Positions 54,557 through 62,346 of a stretch of 64,000 nucleotides of DNA are shown one piece after another (position 1 is the stretch's first letter; every line of letters begins with the position of its first letter). The translations under genes were made by a program, and so were the position numbers. Below the pieces are notes generated by a model, which saw only the letters and a list, made by a program, of their open reading frames with translations, was not told the DNA's origin and ran no database searches. Origin of the DNA: Sedimentisphaerales bacterium (GTDB lineage Bacteria > Planctomycetota > Phycisphaerae > Sedimentisphaerales > SM23-30); assembly GCA_963663965.2 (NCBI GenBank), contig CAXXFK010000006.1, positions 32,001-96,000 of the forward strand. Direction: 5' to 3'.

Positions 54557-54889
54557 TTACTTTAATGCACCGGCGCGCAGCGACACCCATAACCCCCCTC
54601 CTCCGCTCCGGTGACTGTTGCAGGAACAACTCACATGACCCACACAACTGCAGGCCGGAACGCAGGTACATACCTTATTGCATGAGCAGTAGACAGCGCC
54701 TACGGGATGACAGGAACACCCGGTTTCAGTGCGTTCTTCGTTGATGAGACCGGAGGTGTCCGAAAAGAACGTGTCTAGACTTGGACGTGGAAATTCCTTG
54801 CCATTGATAATCATGGTTATTTGGGGGATGGAATTGTCATCCTCGTTGCTGTCAGTTAAGTTGGGACGATCATTGGGCCTGTCGCTCAT
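54557..54889 (-). CDS. Cys-rich putative RiPP precursor peptide (CxC repeats)
   Basis: Acidic leader then GCSCHPV, YCSCNKV, CTCVPA, CSCVGH, SCSCNSH; overlaps the rSAM/SPASM gene end; AGGA RBS. Confidence 0.8.
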   Translation of the reverse strand: MSDRPNDRPNLTDSNEDDNSIPQITMIINGKEFPRPSLDTFFSDTSGLINEERTETGCSCHPVGAVYCSCNKVCTCVPACSCVGHVSCSCNSHRSGGGGLWVSLRAGALK

Positions 54890-56267
54890 GGGTTTCATTC
54901 CTGTCTTTTGGGCATTCAGCCGATTCGGATAAACGGATTTTAACTAAATGTTCAAGTTGCAACCGGGTTAACGCTCTGTTCAGGTCGCAGCGGATAGTGC
55001 CACAGTGCGGACTGTCATTATCTCGATTTTTAAACACTTTCGCAAGGCAATCCCCGGCGCAATGCCATTTACAGAAGCAATCGGCACAGTAGGGGTGGTT
55101 CTCGACCGACAATCTTCGCAGCGCTTCAATTCGGTTATGGTCAAAGCAAAACATCGATTTCGCTTGATCGTATCGCCCGTAATGAAAAATCCCGGCTCGA
55201 GGATCGGCACAGTCCATTACTTCATAACAGGAAGTGACAATGCCTTCGGGAAGGATCGTGAAGCCATCTCCTGAGGCGGCGCAAAATTTACTTGTGATGA
55301 CATCGAGTCTTGCGCCGCTGTAATTCACATCGACCCCCAGTTCCCGTCCGCGTTCATAAGCTTTCATGAAATGCTCAATAAAAATATCGTCCGGGGGGGG
55401 CGACTCGCCGCTGATGGCGCATCGGCCGCAAAGGAAAACGGGCTCCATCTGCAAATAGGCAAACTGAAATTGATCGCGCAGCTTTTCGACGATTTCCACC
55501 ATTCGCGTAACGGTTGACCGGGTAATCGTCGTTCGAATGCCATAGAAAAAGCCGGCCTCGTCAAAATATTTCAGGGTCTCGGCTATTTCAGCGTAAGAAC
55601 CGTTGCCGTCCGTTTTGGGGCGATTATAGTCATGGATGTCCTGGGGGCCGTCCAGGGAGATGTTGACCGTGGAAAAATGCCGGGCGATAAATTCCCGTTG
55701 CTCTTTGGAAAGTAAACCATTGGTAGCCGCGAACAGGTTCACATCAAGCCCTTTTTGGGCGGCAACCTCACAGGCATATGTTACGGATTGTTGAATAAAA
55801 TCCCAGGCCTGGGTGGGTTCGCCCCCTCCATGATAGCCTACGGAAAAATTTTTGCTTCCCAGCCGGGCCGCATTTCTTGCGACAAAGTCGATGGCGGCTT
55901 TTCCGATCTCAAAAGGCATTTCTAAAAATCGGGTTCCGGCGTTCGCGTAACAATATCGGCAGCGAAGGTTGCACCGCGAGGTGGGAAATAGAGTGACCTC
56001 ATGTGGACTGAATTCACCTTGTTCCGGAAATCGGGGACTGTGCAGGGTGGGGGGATCGATGATTCCCTCTTGTCTGAGCTGGTCGATGATGGCGGAAGCC
56101 TCCGGGGACAATTCTGATCCATTGTTATTTAAATACGCCGACACAATTCTCGCCGCGGCGCGATTAATTACGGCAACACTCCGCAGAAGGGGGGCGTATA
56201 AATAATAGTCATCTCCAGAACGGGGAATTAAAAACAAATCATTGTTTTCTCTTGGGGACATAATCAT
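54870..56267 (-). CDS. Radical SAM/SPASM peptide maturase
   Basis: CNLRCRYC, HGGGEP, TNG, ISLDG; SPASM FCAA..SCYE..CADCFCKWHCAGDC..C. Confidence 0.92.
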   Translation of the reverse strand: MIMSPRENNDLFLIPRSGDDYYLYAPLLRSVAVINRAAARIVSAYLNNNGSELSPEASAIIDQLRQEGIIDPPTLHSPRFPEQGEFSPHEVTLFPTSRCNLRCRYCYANAGTRFLEMPFEIGKAAIDFVARNAARLGSKNFSVGYHGGGEPTQAWDFIQQSVTYACEVAAQKGLDVNLFAATNGLLSKEQREFIARHFSTVNISLDGPQDIHDYNRPKTDGNGSYAEIAETLKYFDEAGFFYGIRTTITRSTVTRMVEIVEKLRDQFQFAYLQMEPVFLCGRCAISGESPPPDDIFIEHFMKAYERGRELGVDVNYSGARLDVITSKFCAASGDGFTILPEGIVTSCYEVMDCADPRAGIFHYGRYDQAKSMFCFDHNRIEALRRLSVENHPYCADCFCKWHCAGDCLAKVFKNRDNDSPHCGTIRCDLNRALTRLQLEHLVKIRLSESAECPKDRNETHERQAQ

Positions 56268-56785
56268 TAACTGTAGCTTTCTGTATAATTATCGACAATA
56301 CAGGCATAAAAGGGCTCTGCCAGAAATCCCATCGCACCGAGTTGAGATATGAAATAGGCGATTTGTGCACAAAACCGAGAGTGCAATGTCAATCCATGCG
56401 AACGGGCTGTTAATCTGGCGATATCCTCCACCGTGTGTCGGCCATCTAACAGTTGAATGACTTCCGCCCCCAGTTTATTGACGACACACAACGAGGAGTC
56501 GGCATCATTTTCTTGCTTGACAACCAGATCAGATTTATCGTTAGAAACATGCACATCTGTCTTGAGTTGCGGATAGCAGGGTTTTTCTAAAGCAGGGTTT
56601 CCGGAATGCATCTCATCTGAAGGGGGCCTGGTAAATGCAAAATATCCGACTATTGATCCCACCGATCCAACACCCAGGGTAATGATAAAATTTCGCCGGG
56701 TATAATCTTTAGAAACGGGATGACTATCTACTTTTTTAAAAGCATGCAATTGGTTGAGTTCTGAATGGTCATCATGTTCAGACAT
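56267..56785 (-). CDS. PqqD/RRE-domain protein with twin-arginine/TM N-terminus
   Basis: TRRNFIITLG..FAF; VNKLGAEVIQLLDGRHTVEDIA..FISQLGAMGFL winged-helix RRE pattern; AAGGAG RBS. Confidence 0.78.
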   Translation of the reverse strand: MSEHDDHSELNQLHAFKKVDSHPVSKDYTRRNFIITLGVGSVGSIVGYFAFTRPPSDEMHSGNPALEKPCYPQLKTDVHVSNDKSDLVVKQENDADSSLCVVNKLGAEVIQLLDGRHTVEDIARLTARSHGLTLHSRFCAQIAYFISQLGAMGFLAEPFYACIVDNYTESYS

Positions 56786-57056
56786 TGACAGCTCCTTCGA
56801 AACTATTTTTTTATCGATAGTTATATAATAAATCCAATCAAAGACCATTTTTTATAATATATCAAACAGACAGCTGTTTGTCCAAAAGAAAATATTGGGT
56901 TATTTTAATCTCTGTTTGGTCTGGCTCTCACTTTCTATCTGCTACGCGTAACCGATGAAAATTATCCATGTGTTTTCCCTTGCATATCCCCTTTCAGCAA
57001 GTATAGTTAATGCCTTGCAAACCATTTAAACCATATGCCTCAAAGGAGTTAATGCC

Positions 57057-59390
57057 ATGAAATCCAGTTACTTACAGTTACGCCCCATGCTTGAATCCGT
57101 TCTCATAATCGCGCTGGCCCTCACCACCATCTCCTGTCAGCAGTTCCAGTCTGCTTCCTCAACCGGCCCAAATACCCCCGGCCTGTCCCAGTATATTCGC
57201 CCGATCATCGGCACCAAAGGCGAAGGCAACGTCTATCCCGGCCCCTCGGCCCCATTCGGCATGATTCAGCTCAGTCCCGATACTGACAAAGTCCTCTGGG
57301 CCACCGCCTCCGGCTACGAATACTCTGATCCCACTATACTGGGCTTCAGCCTGACCCACCTTTCCGGTACCGGTATCCCTGACCTGGGTGATTTTCTCTT
57401 CATGCCCCAGGTCGGCACGCCCGAACTCGTCAGCGGTACTAAAGACCAGCCCGACCAGGGCTATCAATCCCCTTATTCCCACGATGACGAAGTTGCCTCA
57501 GCCGGCTACTACAAAGTCAAACTCCAGAAATCCGGCGTCACCACCGAACTGGCCGCTACCGTCCACGCCGGTATTCTGCGTTTCACCTTCCCGGCCAGCG
57601 ATGAAGCCTCCATCATGACCGATCTGGCCCACGTCCTCAGCGGCGGCCGCTGGAAAGCCGCCCAGTCCCATGTCCGCATTGAAGACGACGCCACTGTGAC
57701 CGGTTACCACCTGATCAACGGCTGGGCCAAAGAACGCCATCTTTATTATGCCGCGCGCTACTCCCGTCCCTTCGACGAAGGTGTCATCTACAGCAACGGC
57801 AAGCGCGTCTTCTATGACAGCCACGCCAATTACCGCTTCCGCAGTTGCAAGGAAGCCGCCGGCACCAACCTGCAGTTCCTGGCCAAATACAAAACCAGAG
57901 CCGGCGAGGTCATTCAGGTCAAAGTGGCCGTCTCCACCGTCAGCGCCGCCAACGCCCTGGAAAACCTCGACGCCGAAATCCCCGGCTGGAACTTTGAAAA
58001 AGTCGTCGCCGACACCTGTAAGCTCTGGGACAAAGAACTCGCCTGCATGACTATCGAAGGCACCCAGACCGAAAAAGAGACCTTCTATACCGCGCTCTAT
58101 CACGCCTTCCTCATGCCTAACACCCATCAGGATGTCAACGGCCAGTATCGCGGATTCGACCAGAACATCCATACTGCCGATGGCTTTACCAAGTATACCA
58201 TCTTCTCCCTCTGGGACACCTACCGCGCCACCCATCCACTCTTTGCCCTGGTCCAGGCCAGACGTGATTCCGATATGATCAACTCCATGCTCGCCCACTA
58301 TGACCAGAGCGTGGACCACCTCCTGCCCGTCTGGGAGCTGCAAGGCAACGAAACCTGGTGCATGATCGGTTACCACTCCGTTCCCGTGATTGCCGACGGC
58401 TATCTCAAGGGCGTCAAAGGCTTCGATCCCGAACGCGCCTACCAGGCCATCAAGACTACCGCCATGAACCCCCATTACGATTCCGTGGCTGAATACGCCC
58501 GACTCGGCTGGGTTCCCTTCGATCACGAAAACGAATCGGTCTCCAAGACCCTCGAATATGCCTATGATGATTACACTATCGCGCAGATGGCCAAAGCCCT
58601 CGGCAAAACCGAAGATTACACCTACTTTATGAAACGCGCCGGCCATTATAAAAACATCTGGGACAACGAAACCGGTTTTATGCGCGGCCGCGATTCCCAG
58701 GGCAACTGGCGCACACCCTTCGATCCCCAGGGCTTCGTCCAGGGCGGCGATATCACCGAAGGCACCAGCTGGCAGTACAGCTGGTACGTCCCGCACGATG
58801 TCCCCGGCCTGATCCGGCTGATGGGCGGCAAAGAGGCCTTCCTCAAAAAGCTTGACACCTTGTTCCAGCTCGCCGCATCCGAAAACAGCGATTCTGGTGT
58901 CGATGATATCTACGGCCGCATTGGCGAATATTGGCACGGCAACGAACCCAGCCACCACATTATCTACCTCTATTGCTACGCCGGCCAACCCTGGAAAGCC
59001 CAGCAGTTGCTCCATACCGTCGTCAAGACCCAATACGGCAACCAGCCCCAATCGCTCACCGGCAACGATGACTGCGGCCAGATGTCCGCCTGGTACATGT
59101 TTACCTGCATGGGCTTCTATCCCGTCGCCCCGGCCAGCGACTATTACGTTATCGGCGCGCCCCAGATGAAGAAAATCGCCATGCGGCTCTCCAACGGAAA
59201 AACCTTCACCATGACCGCCGAAAACCTCTCCGAATCCAACCTCTACGTCCAGTCCGTCAAACTCAACGGCAAAGACTGGGCCAGCCCGTTCCTGCCCTAC
59301 GCCGAACTCAAAAACGGCGGCACCCTCGAATTCACCATGGGCCCAACCCCCAACAAATCCTGGGGCGCCAATCCTGTCATCCCACAATAA
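57057..59390 (+). CDS. GH92 alpha-mannosidase (lipoprotein)
   Basis: PFGMIQLSPDT, HLSGTG, FSLWDTYR, SKTLEYAYDD, TEG, HGNEPSHH, GNDDCGQMSAWY. Confidence 0.94.
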   Translation: MKSSYLQLRPMLESVLIIALALTTISCQQFQSASSTGPNTPGLSQYIRPIIGTKGEGNVYPGPSAPFGMIQLSPDTDKVLWATASGYEYSDPTILGFSLTHLSGTGIPDLGDFLFMPQVGTPELVSGTKDQPDQGYQSPYSHDDEVASAGYYKVKLQKSGVTTELAATVHAGILRFTFPASDEASIMTDLAHVLSGGRWKAAQSHVRIEDDATVTGYHLINGWAKERHLYYAARYSRPFDEGVIYSNGKRVFYDSHANYRFRSCKEAAGTNLQFLAKYKTRAGEVIQVKVAVSTVSAANALENLDAEIPGWNFEKVVADTCKLWDKELACMTIEGTQTEKETFYTALYHAFLMPNTHQDVNGQYRGFDQNIHTADGFTKYTIFSLWDTYRATHPLFALVQARRDSDMINSMLAHYDQSVDHLLPVWELQGNETWCMIGYHSVPVIADGYLKGVKGFDPERAYQAIKTTAMNPHYDSVAEYARLGWVPFDHENESVSKTLEYAYDDYTIAQMAKALGKTEDYTYFMKRAGHYKNIWDNETGFMRGRDSQGNWRTPFDPQGFVQGGDITEGTSWQYSWYVPHDVPGLIRLMGGKEAFLKKLDTLFQLAASENSDSGVDDIYGRIGEYWHGNEPSHHIIYLYCYAGQPWKAQQLLHTVVKTQYGNQPQSLTGNDDCGQMSAWYMFTCMGFYPVAPASDYYVIGAPQMKKIAMRLSNGKTFTMTAENLSESNLYVQSVKLNGKDWASPFLPYAELKNGGTLEFTMGPTPNKSWGANPVIPQ

Positions 59391-59421
59391 CCAACCACAT
59401 TATAACCCCCAATCAAACACT

Positions 59422-59449
59422 GGCCGGCTCCTTAAAAGACCGGCTTTTT
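59422..59449 (+). terminator. Probable terminator after GH92
   Basis: GCCGG..CCGGC stem + TTTTT between convergent genes. Confidence 0.5.
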
Positions 59450-59502
59450 CATTCTCCCGCCCCAATAGTTTCGCTGATGATCAATTAAATTGGAATGAAT
59501 GC

Positions 59503-59841
59503 TTACATCGTCTTTATTCTGACGGTCAAATCCATGGGATTATATCGTTGTAATTCTGTAGATAAACCAATATGTCCCTTCAGCCTGAGATGAAGTTTTT
59601 TAAGGTTCTTGCGGTTGATCACGATCCGAATATGGGTTTCATAGTCGTAGTAATCCGGCAATTGGTTATGAAGATATTCTTTGACCCGCTGATGAGAAAG
59701 GAACCGGTAAATACTGGAACGATCTTCAAGGGTAAAAACGGCATCTGGAAAATCATCGATCATAGCTAAGGCATCCTGAATACCATGGACATCCTTTTCA
59801 TAAACGGTTTTCCGGCCCAACAGCCAATCGATCATTTTCAT
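59503..59841 (-). CDS. Hypothetical protein
   Basis: 112-aa ORF at the end of a minus-strand operon. Confidence 0.5.
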   Translation of the reverse strand: MKMIDWLLGRKTVYEKDVHGIQDALAMIDDFPDAVFTLEDRSSIYRFLSHQRVKEYLHNQLPDYYDYETHIRIVINRKNLKKLHLRLKGHIGLSTELQRYNPMDLTVRIKTM

Positions 59842-59876
59842 CGGAGCGCCTTCTCTTGAATGATTTGTTTCAAGAC

Positions 59877-60809
59877 TCAGTTGTCAGCGTATGTCAGGTA
59901 AAATGCTTTGTCATTTATAGTTTCTGAATAGACCTCGCCGCTTGTGATCAGTTCTTCCAGATATTTTAACGCTTCATTGAGATGCAGGCCTAAACCATTG
60001 GCAATGTCGGCAACGGAACAAGGCCGCCGCCTCAATAATTCAGTGATATCATCCCGGTGTGCGATAAGATCAGGCTGATGATGGACACCGTGAAAGTCGG
60101 CGATAACCTCTGTTGCCGGATACAGTTGAGCCGCAATCTCATCCAGCCGCCCGGCCGAAACCGCTTTGGCCGATTTTTCAGCGGGGGGCCGCACCACGGT
60201 ATTCAATTGAAGCTTGTCCGGGGCAATGATTCCAATGTAACGTGACAGATTATCCAGCGCTCGCGGTGTTGTATTGATGTGATCCAGTATCATAACTTCC
60301 AGCCAGATCTTACCCTGGTAATCCTGTCGAAATGCCCTCAGACCGTCAAGCATCCGCCAGAATGGAATCGTTTCAATGGGACGGTTGATGAGGTGGAACA
60401 TCTCTGGATCACCGGCATCCAGAGAGGGAATGACCAGGTCGGCATGCGTCAGATGCTGTCTTACCTGGGGCAGCCACAGCAAAGAACCATTCGTTAAGAC
60501 TGCTATGGGAATATCGGTCAGATCTTTGAGTCGGTCAATCAGATCATGTATGGGCGTATAGAGTGTCGGTTCTCCTGATCCTGATAAGGTGATATAATCT
60601 GGACAGGTGGCTAATTGACGACGGACCTCCCGAATAATCTCTTCCAGCGGAAACCAGGTATGTTGCCGGGTTGTCTTAAGGGTGGTGCGGCCCAGTTGGC
60701 AATACACACAATCGTAGGAACAGGTTTTATAGGGAACCAGGTCAACCCCCAGGGAGCGCCCGAGGCGACGGGATGGGACCGGTCCAAACACATTGTTTCT
60801 CATAACCAT
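59877..60809 (-). CDS. Radical SAM protein (COG0731-like) with C-terminal HTH
   Basis: FGPVPSRRLGRSLGVD, CSYDCVYC, SGSGEPTL, SLDA, RPPAE, LRRRPC. Confidence 0.9.
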   Translation of the reverse strand: MVMRNNVFGPVPSRRLGRSLGVDLVPYKTCSYDCVYCQLGRTTLKTTRQHTWFPLEEIIREVRRQLATCPDYITLSGSGEPTLYTPIHDLIDRLKDLTDIPIAVLTNGSLLWLPQVRQHLTHADLVIPSLDAGDPEMFHLINRPIETIPFWRMLDGLRAFRQDYQGKIWLEVMILDHINTTPRALDNLSRYIGIIAPDKLQLNTVVRPPAEKSAKAVSAGRLDEIAAQLYPATEVIADFHGVHHQPDLIAHRDDITELLRRRPCSVADIANGLGLHLNEALKYLEELITSGEVYSETINDKAFYLTYADN

Positions 60810-60839
60810 CTCCCGTTTGTCAGGTGTGGGGTGGTTCGT

Positions 60840-61370
60840 TCACTCATCGGTTGTAGTTCCTTCAATGGGATGGTTCAATTTCATAAATTTGCCGGTCGCC
60901 ACCACTCGAAGCTGATCGTCTTGAATAATTTCTGCTTCGACCACATAAATCGGAGGGGTTTCGCGCACGATCCAGGCGCGCACCTGTCCATAGTGGCCCG
61001 TCAATATTGGATGACGAAAGCGAATATGCAGATCGGCGGTAACGGCGACACAATTCTGTGCGAATAGGCAGTTCGCCATGGCGCCGTCCAGGATGGCGGA
61101 GATCACCCCGCCGTGCAGTCGATTGCCGTATCCCTGGTAATTCCGGTCAAATTGAAACTGGGCCGAAACTTCCTTCTCGCCGGTGACGCGATAATCCATC
61201 TTTAGACCGCTCAGATTATCCGGGGAACAGACAATGCAACCCGGATGAACCTGTTGGCGTAGATCGACCAGTTGAAGGTCCTGCTGGTTTAGTGTGTTGA
61301 TAATCAATCGATTCTCTTTCAATTTAATGGTAATATAACATCCCTGTGAGTCAGGCCATACCTTGCTCAT
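60840..61370 (-). CDS. PaaI family (hotdog) thioesterase
   Basis: CIVC..N..GL, YQG..LHGGVISAILD; start uncertain. Confidence 0.85.
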   Translation of the reverse strand: MSKVWPDSQGCYITIKLKENRLIINTLNQQDLQLVDLRQQVHPGCIVCSPDNLSGLKMDYRVTGEKEVSAQFQFDRNYQGYGNRLHGGVISAILDGAMANCLFAQNCVAVTADLHIRFRHPILTGHYGQVRAWIVRETPPIYVVEAEIIQDDQLRVVATGKFMKLNHPIEGTTTDE

Positions 61371-61397
61371 TGGGTAGATCTGGGCCGCTAAGCGGAG

Positions 61398-61751
61398 TTA
61401 TTGGGCGCTGCTCTTTTCCAGTTCACTGATTCGCTGTTTGATCTCATGAATGGCTTCTTCATGAAATTGGAGTTGCTCATTCAGCGCTTCGGTTTCCTGC
61501 TCGACAGTCGGCCTCTCTCTATAAGGCAATCCATAGCCCCAACCGGCGCCATAGCGGTAGGCGGCGCCCAGCCGTCCCCGGCCGCCCGGGCCCATCATGC
61601 GACCCCTGCCGCGCCCGCGTCGCGCAAAACCAGATCCAACAAGAAACATTCCATGAGCATATCCGGGAGAGTCAAAACCCGCACAGAATCCGGCTGCTCG
61701 TCCAGTCATAGGCCCCATACCCATAGGGCCGGTTCCATCGCCGCCTGGCAT
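61398..61751 (-). CDS. DUF5320 family protein
   Basis: MPGGDGTGPMGMGPMTGRAAGFCAG, Gly/Arg-rich middle, C-terminal coiled coil. Confidence 0.88.
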   Translation of the reverse strand: MPGGDGTGPMGMGPMTGRAAGFCAGFDSPGYAHGMFLVGSGFARRGRGRGRMMGPGGRGRLGAAYRYGAGWGYGLPYRERPTVEQETEALNEQLQFHEEAIHEIKQRISELEKSSAQ

Positions 61752-61811
61752 AATCAAGTCCTTTCAATAATCGAATTTTCATTTGTTGATATCGTATATC
61801 TATCCGCAATC

Positions 61812-62210
61812 TCACCCATTGCGGTTGGTTGGCTTGTTATTCTCTTTCCCGCAGTTTGGATCGTTACTATCCGGTTGTTGGCAACCCGGCATAAAAAAGC
61901 CCGGGGCGTTGATTTCTCCAGTCAGATAGGCTGTTACAATCGATTCGATAAGACCGCAGCGATTCGCCAGAATCTCAATTTGATTGGAGCGTAACGCCGC
62001 TTCATGCAGTTGCGAGATCGCGCCGCATATCACCAGATCAACCCCCTGTCCGGATAAGACAACGGCCCGGCCCCAATAATCCTTTGTATCCAGTGCCAGC
62101 GATTGCCGTTGCGTTTCCTGGTTTTCTTCAACATCCACCAGTAACATGGTGGCGGCTTCATCAAATACCGGCGAAAGCCGGTTCTGCCATTGTGGTAAAG
62201 CAACTTTCAT
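61812..62210 (-). CDS. NifB/NifX-family (FeMo-co binding-like) protein
   Basis: MKVALP..RLSPVFD, VDLVICGAIS, FFMPGC. Confidence 0.85.
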   Translation of the reverse strand: MKVALPQWQNRLSPVFDEAATMLLVDVEENQETQRQSLALDTKDYWGRAVVLSGQGVDLVICGAISQLHEAALRSNQIEILANRCGLIESIVTAYLTGEINAPGFFMPGCQQPDSNDPNCGKENNKPTNRNG

Positions 62211-62221
62211 ATTTATCTTAA

Positions 62222-62237
62222 TGCATTTTTTGTGCCA
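62222..62237 (-). promoter_or_regulatory. Sigma54 (-24/-12) promoter
   Basis: Minus strand TGGCACAAAAAATGCA (GG-N10-GC), divergent from a sigma54 activator gene. Confidence 0.75.
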
Positions 62238-62346
62238 GATGATTTGTGTTGATGTAAAATATTTAAATACAATAAGATAAGGTGTGAATGCTTGCGATTT
62301 GCCAGTTTTATAAATTGCAAATTGCAATTATTAGGCTATATTATAG

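Noticed and set aside
57498..59387. 629-aa antisense ORF
   Set aside because: Mirror of GH92 caused by strong C-ending codon bias; no recognisable motifs.
61812..62210. NifX-like gene as evidence of nitrogen fixation
   Set aside because: No nif structural genes in the window; the family is widespread in non-diazotrophs.
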